Origin: Oligoflexales bacterium
GTDB taxonomy: Bacteria > Bdellovibrionota_B > Oligoflexia > Oligoflexales > Bog-1112
Assembly (NCBI GenBank): GCA_045106415.1
Contig: JBGCEP010000059.1
Span: forward strand, 1-22,370
Reading direction: 5' to 3'
DNA: 22,370 nt
The position numbers and the translations under genes are program-made. The notes beneath the pieces are model-generated. The model saw only the letters and a program-made list of their open reading frames with translations, was not told the DNA's origin and did no database searches. Shown here piece after piece: positions 17,082 through 22,370 of the stretch (within the stretch, counting starts at the first letter, position 1; the number at the start of each line of letters is the position of its first letter).

Positions 17082-17474
17082 TTAATGGCTTATTTCTAAG
17101 GGGCGATCACTAGTGACTTCTAAGCTGGCGCTAGGGTGTGCATTAAGAGACTGAGGGACAACGTCAACATGCTCAAGGTTTTGAAGTTGATATAAAACAG
17201 GGTGTTTTTTTTCAGTTTTTAAATAATGAACTCGTTCGTGGGTCGGGTTGTAGATGGCGATTTTTATCATTGCCGCACTCTTTGTTGAAAAGCGAAGAGT
17301 CTGAGGGCGGTGAGTTCCTTTAAGACGAACTCGATGCTTATTGGGAATGCGAACCTTTGTTGAAGAGGTAAGAGTAATCGGTGTTCGAGGGGGGATATCT
17401 GTGATTTCAAATGCTTGAACATTTTGAGACATGATAATAAAAGAAGTTAAGAAAATTACAAGATTTTTTCTCAT
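17082..17474 (-). CDS. Small exported basic beta-rich hypothetical protein
   Basis: Real start is probably ATG 17474 (GGGGA RBS, just after the upstream stop), giving the signal peptide MRKNLVIFLTSFIIMSQNVQA. Likely operonic with the FGE-domain gene. Confidence 0.72.
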   Translation of the reverse strand: MRKNLVIFLTSFIIMSQNVQAFEITDIPPRTPITLTSSTKVRIPNKHRVRLKGTHRPQTLRFSTKSAAMIKIAIYNPTHERVHYLKTEKKHPVLYQLQNLEHVDVVPQSLNAHPSASLEVTSDRPLEISH

Positions 17475-17485
17475 ACGAGAATCCC

Positions 17486-18448
17486 CTATAGTTTTATATC
17501 TGAACAACAACGAAACCCAAGGTGATAATTTGAATGACCCCGAGGGCTGAGTATATGAGTGCCATGCCAAAAAGGGGCCCTCCAATAGCAATCATCTGCA
17601 TGAGCTTTTATTTTTGAGAAAATAAACCAACTTCCTTTCATTTCAGTAAAACCTACTCCATTTTGTGATCCCATTTGCTCTTTTCGCACAGGCAGGTTCA
17701 TGTGTTCGGCAACATTTCCATGGAGGTCATAAACGCCAATTGCACTTTTGCAATGAAGTGATGACCCTGCAGGGTATGTGTTGCTGCCACATGCAGCATA
17801 AGTACCAGAGGCTTTTTCTTGAGCTTGTTGGCAGTGATTGCTCTTAAAAGACTGTGTAGAGCAAAGATTCTGATTCTCTTTTAGACCATAACCCCATACT
17901 TTCTCACGGTTTTTATTATGGTGAAACCTCATCCATTTCATTGCTTCTTTAACAGGCATGTGCCTTGTTTCACTGAAATTTTTTTCTGATTGAAGAGGTT
18001 TTCCGCTACAGCCTGCCTCCCATTCATGTGCATCACAAAGGCGTTTACCCATGATAGAACAAAGTTGGTGTGCTTCATGAGGTTTGACCCAGGTTACAGG
18101 GTATTCGCATGGAATATTAGGAAATTCAAATTGATCAATACAAACGCTTGACTGACCAGAAATTTTCACCATAAATGGAAAAATACATACTTGGTGTGCC
18201 GGCATATGACGTTTTTTTGTTTTTTTCAAGCACTGCTTACGGGATATAGGGTGTTGACTGGCTTGAGATCCTTGACCAATATATTTAGATTTTTTAAAAA
18301 TTTTTGTGAGTTGAAAGGCTTGCCTCTTATTGAGTTTATGTGTTTTTATGATTTTTTGGATAAGTAGCGATTGTTCTGTAGGTCGATGAGCTTGTATAAC
18401 AAAAGGTGTTGTTGTAGCTAGAAAAACAAAACACCTTAAGAAAGACAT
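17486..18448 (-). CDS. Exported formylglycine-generating-enzyme (SUMF1/FGE-sulfatase) domain protein, Cys-rich
   Basis: CIDQFEFPN...PVTWV...EAHQLC...GKRLCDAHEWE...GVYDLHGNVAE...KGSW...GFRCC. ATG 18448 follows GAGG. Confidence 0.9.
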   Translation of the reverse strand: MSFLRCFVFLATTTPFVIQAHRPTEQSLLIQKIIKTHKLNKRQAFQLTKIFKKSKYIGQGSQASQHPISRKQCLKKTKKRHMPAHQVCIFPFMVKISGQSSVCIDQFEFPNIPCEYPVTWVKPHEAHQLCSIMGKRLCDAHEWEAGCSGKPLQSEKNFSETRHMPVKEAMKWMRFHHNKNREKVWGYGLKENQNLCSTQSFKSNHCQQAQEKASGTYAACGSNTYPAGSSLHCKSAIGVYDLHGNVAEHMNLPVRKEQMGSQNGVGFTEMKGSWFIFSKIKAHADDCYWRAPFWHGTHILSPRGHSNYHLGFRCCSDIKL

Positions 18449-18565
18449 ATCAGCCTCAAAAATCAGAATATATACATATTTTACAATGATTTTGTATAAA
18501 TATGTCAATATTTTACTTTAGAGACGTGATAAAGCGTAGGCTAGACATATGGAGAGGCAAAAAGG

Positions 18566-19630
18566 TTATTCTTCTGTTTTGCGAATTCGGGCACTCGCAA
18601 AACAAATGTGTTTATCGTAGAAAGCAATAGTTTGGCCAGGAGCAGCAGCCCATTGTGGATCTTTGAACTGAACTTTAGTCTGTGTGCCTTGGGACTCCAA
18701 AATGGTGCACTCTTGATCTTCTTGCCGATACCTTATTTTAGCGTGGCATTGAAATGGAGTCTTTTGATATTCGGATTCATAAATCCAGTGAATAGGGTCG
18801 CAGTAAATAGTTGTGCTATAAAGAGCTGGATGATCATGGTTTCTCTCTACATAGACTATGTTCTGTTCGTGGTCTTTAGCAACAACGTGCCATCTAGGTC
18901 CTGGCCCACCGAGTCCTAGGCCTTTTCTTTGACCTAGTGTATAAAAAGCACTTCCGTGGTGCTGGCCTACCTTGGTACCGTCCAAGGTTTGGAATTCGCC
19001 TGGGTTTGCAGGGATATAGCTTGATAAAAATTCCCTGAAGTTTCTTTCGCCAATAAAGCAAATCCCTGTACTGTCTTTACGATTCCAAACAGGAAGGTTA
19101 TGTTTATGAGCCAGTTCTCTGACTGCTGATTTTTCCATGTTTCCTATGGGAAAAAGAACGTGATTAAGTACTTTTCCATGAATACCGCACAAAAAATAGC
19201 TTTGATCTTTGAGTGGGTCCTTTCCTTTTATCAATAGCTTTTGATCAGTTTGGCAATAATGCCCTGTAGCAAGGTATGAAGCACCTAAGGAGAGCGCTTT
19301 TTCATAAAAAACTTTAAATTTTATCTCTCTATTGCATAAAATATCAGGGTTTGGAGTAAAGCCTGATTTGTAATCAGATAAAAATTCTTTAAAAACAAAT
19401 TCTTGATATTCTTTTGTAAATTCTATTGCTTGAAGAGGAATATCAAGAACATCACAGGTTCTTTGAGCAGACTCATAATCTTGAGCGCTGGTGCAAACTC
19501 CATTATCATCTCTTTCATCCCAGTTCTTCATGAAAAGTCCAACAACTTCATAACCTTGTTGTTTTAAAAGAAGAGCTGCCACTGAAGAATCGACTCCACC
19601 AGACATACCAACTACGACTCTTTTGCTCAT
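18566..19630 (-). CDS. mnmA: tRNA-specific 2-thiouridylase MnmA
   Basis: VVVGMSGGVDSSVAA, MKNW, TPNPDILCNREIKF, ATGHY, KDQSYFL, KDSTGICFIGER, YTLGQRKGLG and KIRYRQ. Confidence 0.98.
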   Translation of the reverse strand: MSKRVVVGMSGGVDSSVAALLLKQQGYEVVGLFMKNWDERDDNGVCTSAQDYESAQRTCDVLDIPLQAIEFTKEYQEFVFKEFLSDYKSGFTPNPDILCNREIKFKVFYEKALSLGASYLATGHYCQTDQKLLIKGKDPLKDQSYFLCGIHGKVLNHVLFPIGNMEKSAVRELAHKHNLPVWNRKDSTGICFIGERNFREFLSSYIPANPGEFQTLDGTKVGQHHGSAFYTLGQRKGLGLGGPGPRWHVVAKDHEQNIVYVERNHDHPALYSTTIYCDPIHWIYESEYQKTPFQCHAKIRYRQEDQECTILESQGTQTKVQFKDPQWAAAPGQTIAFYDKHICFASARIRKTEE

Positions 19631-19821
19631 ATTTTCCTCATGACATGTGATGCAAAGGGTGAAACCAAAGATCTCAAAGGCGTGAATACTAATTTATTTT
19701 TTCAAAAAAATCTTTATTAAAACCAGCAAAAGTCATGGTTAGAGCAAATAATTCTTTACATATTTAAAATAGCGAGGTGAGAAAGAATGAGTGCAGGCGG
19801 CTAAACTTGCCTAAAGCTGAA

Positions 19822-19850
19822 TTGACCGAGGAAATGATTAAGAATACCAT
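19822..19850 (+). promoter_or_regulatory. sigma70 promoter of REC-TPR paralog 2
   Basis: TTGACC (19822-19827), 17 nt spacer, TACCAT (19845-19850). Confidence 0.6.
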
Positions 19851-19884
19851 TTTAGTATGCTTTTATATGAATAGGTGCATTGTC

Positions 19885-21936
19885 TTGATTTCGAACTTAA
19901 AAAAACCTCAGGATGCTTTGTTTGTCTATATCGATCCCTCTGCGGCTATTCGTGCAGTTGCAAGAGAGGTTGCCCATGAAGTGGGTTTTCAAAATGTCCA
20001 AGTCGATGATTCTCCTGCGAGTTTCTTGAATTCAGCTGGTTGTCATGAAGCAGCATGGGTTGTAACGGGAACGTATGATTCTCAAGATGTTACTGGTTTT
20101 CATATTTTAAGATATTTTTTAAAAGCAAAACCTAATGAGCGATCTCGTGTATCTATATTGTTTGATGAGGAAGAACAAGAGTATATCCCTTATGCCTACG
20201 CATTAGGTATGTTTTCACACCATAAAAAACCTATTACAAAAGCTTCATTGCTTGAAGATTTTGGTCAAATTATGGAGAGCGTAAAAGAAGGAAAGCAAGA
20301 AACAGATATAGCATCAGATTATTTTCGAAGGCACCTAAGGGATGCAGAAAGATTTCCCGATCTAGTCGTGTTAGAAGATGGTTTGATTCGCAACTTCTCA
20401 AAAACAAAGCTCTACTTAAGTAAAGCGGATGCCCATTTTAGAAATGGGAGCGTTGAAGAAGGACGTTTAGCATTAGCTCAACTTTTGAAAACAGATCCAG
20501 ACTTAAAAGATAAAGCAGCACAGATGATGCTCCAGTATACAGGAGTTGATAAAGTTGATGAAAAAGATTTCACAATAGATACGGCAATTATTATTGATTC
20601 TGATGGTCAAGCAGCAGGGATTGTAAAGCAAGTTTTGACTGAACTCTCAGCGAAAAAAATAGAGTATTTTGAAGACGGAGAATCTGCTTTAAGTTGGATT
20701 AAAGAAAACCGTGAATCTTTAGAAAATGCTTCTGGATCAGCTTTAATTATTATGGAATGGAAGATTCCTCGAGTTCCAGGTCCCATCCTTTTACAAAATA
20801 TTCGTATGAACGGTTTGCACGAAGCTCCTGTCATTGTTTTAAGTTCGTTGGTGAAAGAATCAGACCAAGTTTTGCTATCCGAGGTTGGGGTAGAAAGAGT
20901 GGTTGAAAAACCCATTGATACTAAAAAATTAATTACTGCAATTATTGATACGATTAAAACAGCTGGAGCGCCAAGAACGATCCATGATACGGCACGTAAA
21001 ACAAGAGCTTTGCTAAAGTCGGGTAAAATCGATGAAGCACGTCGTGTGGCTTCTTCCATTTTGCAAGATATAACTGCACCCAAAGGTGATCGATTTGTGA
21101 TTGAGGCAGAATTTTTATTTGTAGATCGCAAGTATGAAGAAGCAAGAGAGCTTCTTATGAAAGCGATTAAAGAACAAGGACAGAATGTTCACAATCTTAA
21201 CCTCCTTGGTAAGTGTCTTATGGCATTAAGGGATTTTGATAATGCAACAAACTGTTTTCAAAAAGCACAGAAAATGTCCCCGAATAATATTGAAAGGCTT
21301 TGTCAAATAGCAGAATCTGCCTCTGAGGCAGGTGACTCTGAAACAGCGAAGAATTATGTGCAGAACGCTGCTAAACTGTCTCAGGATTCAGATATTGTTG
21401 GTGAAACAGTCGCTAAAATAGCTTTGAATGATGGCGACCTAGAAGAAGCAGCGAACTTAATTTCTGGTATGGAGTCAGCGCATTCCATTGTTTCTTTTAT
21501 TAATAACCAGGCTGTTGCGTGTTCAAAGATGGAGAAATTTGAAGAAAGCGTTTCCTGCTATAGAAAGGCTTTGAAAGCTATTCCTGATGAACATAAACAT
21601 GTTCGCCCAGTGATCGAATATAATCTAGCTCTCACTCTCATTAAAATGAGTGAACAAGACCAAGCACTCGAATGTCTAAAAAAAGTAGTGGGATTTGGGA
21701 AGTCTAAAGTCTTGATGAAAGCTAAGAATTTGAAGGCGCGCTTATTAGCAGCGATTGAAGATGGAAAAGTCTTTCAATTAAGAACGGCAGCAACGACAGA
21801 GACTGTTAAGCTAGATTTATCAGATTTTGATGTGACGCTGCGAGCCGATTTTTCACCTGGAGATTACTGCCTATACGGTATTTATCATAATTTACAAGAC
21901 CCTCCACTATCAATGAAAAAATTCTTTACTGCTTAA
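19885..21936 (+). CDS. Pseudo-receiver - TPR - pseudo-receiver - TPR protein (paralog 2)
   Basis: Collinear with 14802..16931 (FVYIDPS...; IIIDSD...IIMEWKIP...VEKP; NLNLLGKCLMALRDF...SPNNIERLC; YNLAL). The start is probably TTG 19885 behind AGGTG, or ATG 19867, rather than 19777. Confidence 0.88.
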   Translation: MISNLKKPQDALFVYIDPSAAIRAVAREVAHEVGFQNVQVDDSPASFLNSAGCHEAAWVVTGTYDSQDVTGFHILRYFLKAKPNERSRVSILFDEEEQEYIPYAYALGMFSHHKKPITKASLLEDFGQIMESVKEGKQETDIASDYFRRHLRDAERFPDLVVLEDGLIRNFSKTKLYLSKADAHFRNGSVEEGRLALAQLLKTDPDLKDKAAQMMLQYTGVDKVDEKDFTIDTAIIIDSDGQAAGIVKQVLTELSAKKIEYFEDGESALSWIKENRESLENASGSALIIMEWKIPRVPGPILLQNIRMNGLHEAPVIVLSSLVKESDQVLLSEVGVERVVEKPIDTKKLITAIIDTIKTAGAPRTIHDTARKTRALLKSGKIDEARRVASSILQDITAPKGDRFVIEAEFLFVDRKYEEARELLMKAIKEQGQNVHNLNLLGKCLMALRDFDNATNCFQKAQKMSPNNIERLCQIAESASEAGDSETAKNYVQNAAKLSQDSDIVGETVAKIALNDGDLEEAANLISGMESAHSIVSFINNQAVACSKMEKFEESVSCYRKALKAIPDEHKHVRPVIEYNLALTLIKMSEQDQALECLKKVVGFGKSKVLMKAKNLKARLLAAIEDGKVFQLRTAATTETVKLDLSDFDVTLRADFSPGDYCLYGIYHNLQDPPLSMKKFFTA

Positions 21937-22010
21937 ATTTTTTTATGATCTTATCTGCAATAATGATTTAGATTTCTAGGGGTGATTTTAAAATTCATCA
22001 AAATAGAGAT

Positions 22011-22031
22011 TTAGAAATTGTCTGACCGTTT
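22011..22031 (-). mobile_element. Putative IS5-family terminal inverted repeat with a TTA/TAA target-like flank
   Basis: Minus strand immediately after the transposase stop reads ...TCAGACAATTTC-TAA, resembling IS1031-group ends with a TWA target. The partner IR lies outside the window. Confidence 0.45.
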
Positions 22032-22368
22032 TTACGATATTTGAGAGATTTTTTTCATGGCAATTATTATCTTTTCAATAAAAATCATAGATTCTTTATG
22101 GGCAGATCTTTTTTCATAGTTCCTTACAAGCCTTCTCTGGTGATTCAACCATGCAACGGAAGGCCTGTGGCACAAAGTCTTTTTTTACAGTTTGACTCAA
22201 TAGAATCTGGAGTCCTGTTTGATGTCTTGACATCTTATCCTCAAGGGTTTTCTCAAGACTGGAATTTTTTTTATCGTCATTGAGCTATGCTGTGATCACT
22301 ATTCCTGCGTATCGATCATGCTAGCTGGCTGACGTCACAACGCATGACAAAAGTGTTCTCATAACATC
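22032..22368 (-). pseudogene. IS5-family (IS1031-like) DDE transposase pseudogene, 3' part
   Basis: Manual translation: DVMRTLLSCVVTSAS*HDRYAGIVITA*LNDD...LEKTLEDK...KDFVPQAFR / frameshift near 22155 / AWLNHQRRLVRNYEKRSAHKESMIFI...*. This matches VD..G.LL...V..A...D and F....RWVVERTFAWL...RRL..DYE. Stops at 22321-22323 and 22285-22287. Confidence 0.88.
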
Positions 22369-22370
22369 AA

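Noticed and set aside
17475..17591. N-terminal extension of ORF 17082..17591
   Set aside because: It overlaps the FGE gene. ATG 17474 has an RBS and gives a signal peptide.
19777..19884. N-terminal extension of REC-TPR paralog 2 in the ORF track
   Set aside because: It contains a good sigma70 promoter and has no counterpart in paralog 1, so the real start is probably 19867 or 19885.
770..21145. Numerous short ORFs nested in or antisense to long genes (e.g. 1428..1760, 1866..2246, 5155..5529, 12899..13210, 18608..18919, 20607..21131)
   Set aside because: They are shadow frames of well-supported CDSs and have no motifs.
22041..22283. 80-aa plus-strand ORF
   Set aside because: It is antisense to the IS5 transposase pseudogene, with no RBS or recognisable motif.
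1..22370. CRISPR array, tRNA/rRNA, prophage or defence-system genes
   Set aside because: No regularly spaced direct repeats, cloverleaf or rRNA signatures, or recognisable phage or defence proteins were seen by eye.

Overview
AT-rich (roughly 37-38% GC by eye) bacterial chromosomal window. The gene content (lipoproteins, prepilin-like protein, CPAF-like S41 protease, REC-TPR proteins, sigma28-like promoters) suggests Bdellovibrionota/Oligoflexia, which is an inference only. Both edges carry decayed IS remnants missed by the ORF track: an IS200/IS605 tnpB 3' fragment with its right-end hairpin (280-581) and an IS5-family transposase pseudogene (22032-22368, minus strand). Recognisable genes are uvrA, mnmA, an NSS-family Na+ symporter, a UbiA-family prenyltransferase with an eroded HAD domain, an FkbM-like methyltransferase, a CPAF-like S41 peptidase and an FGE/sulfatase-modifying-factor domain protein. 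The most interesting signals are: (i) a recurrent sigma28/FliA-like promoter motif 28-38 nt upstream of five minus-strand genes; (ii) one such promoter lying inside a perfect 17-bp inverted repeat that duplicates the RBS of a prepilin-like gene, a candidate miniature inversion or anti-RBS switch; (iii) two divergently oriented paralogous ~700-aa double pseudo-receiver/TPR proteins with Asp->Glu at the phospho-acceptor and apparently different promoter classes.
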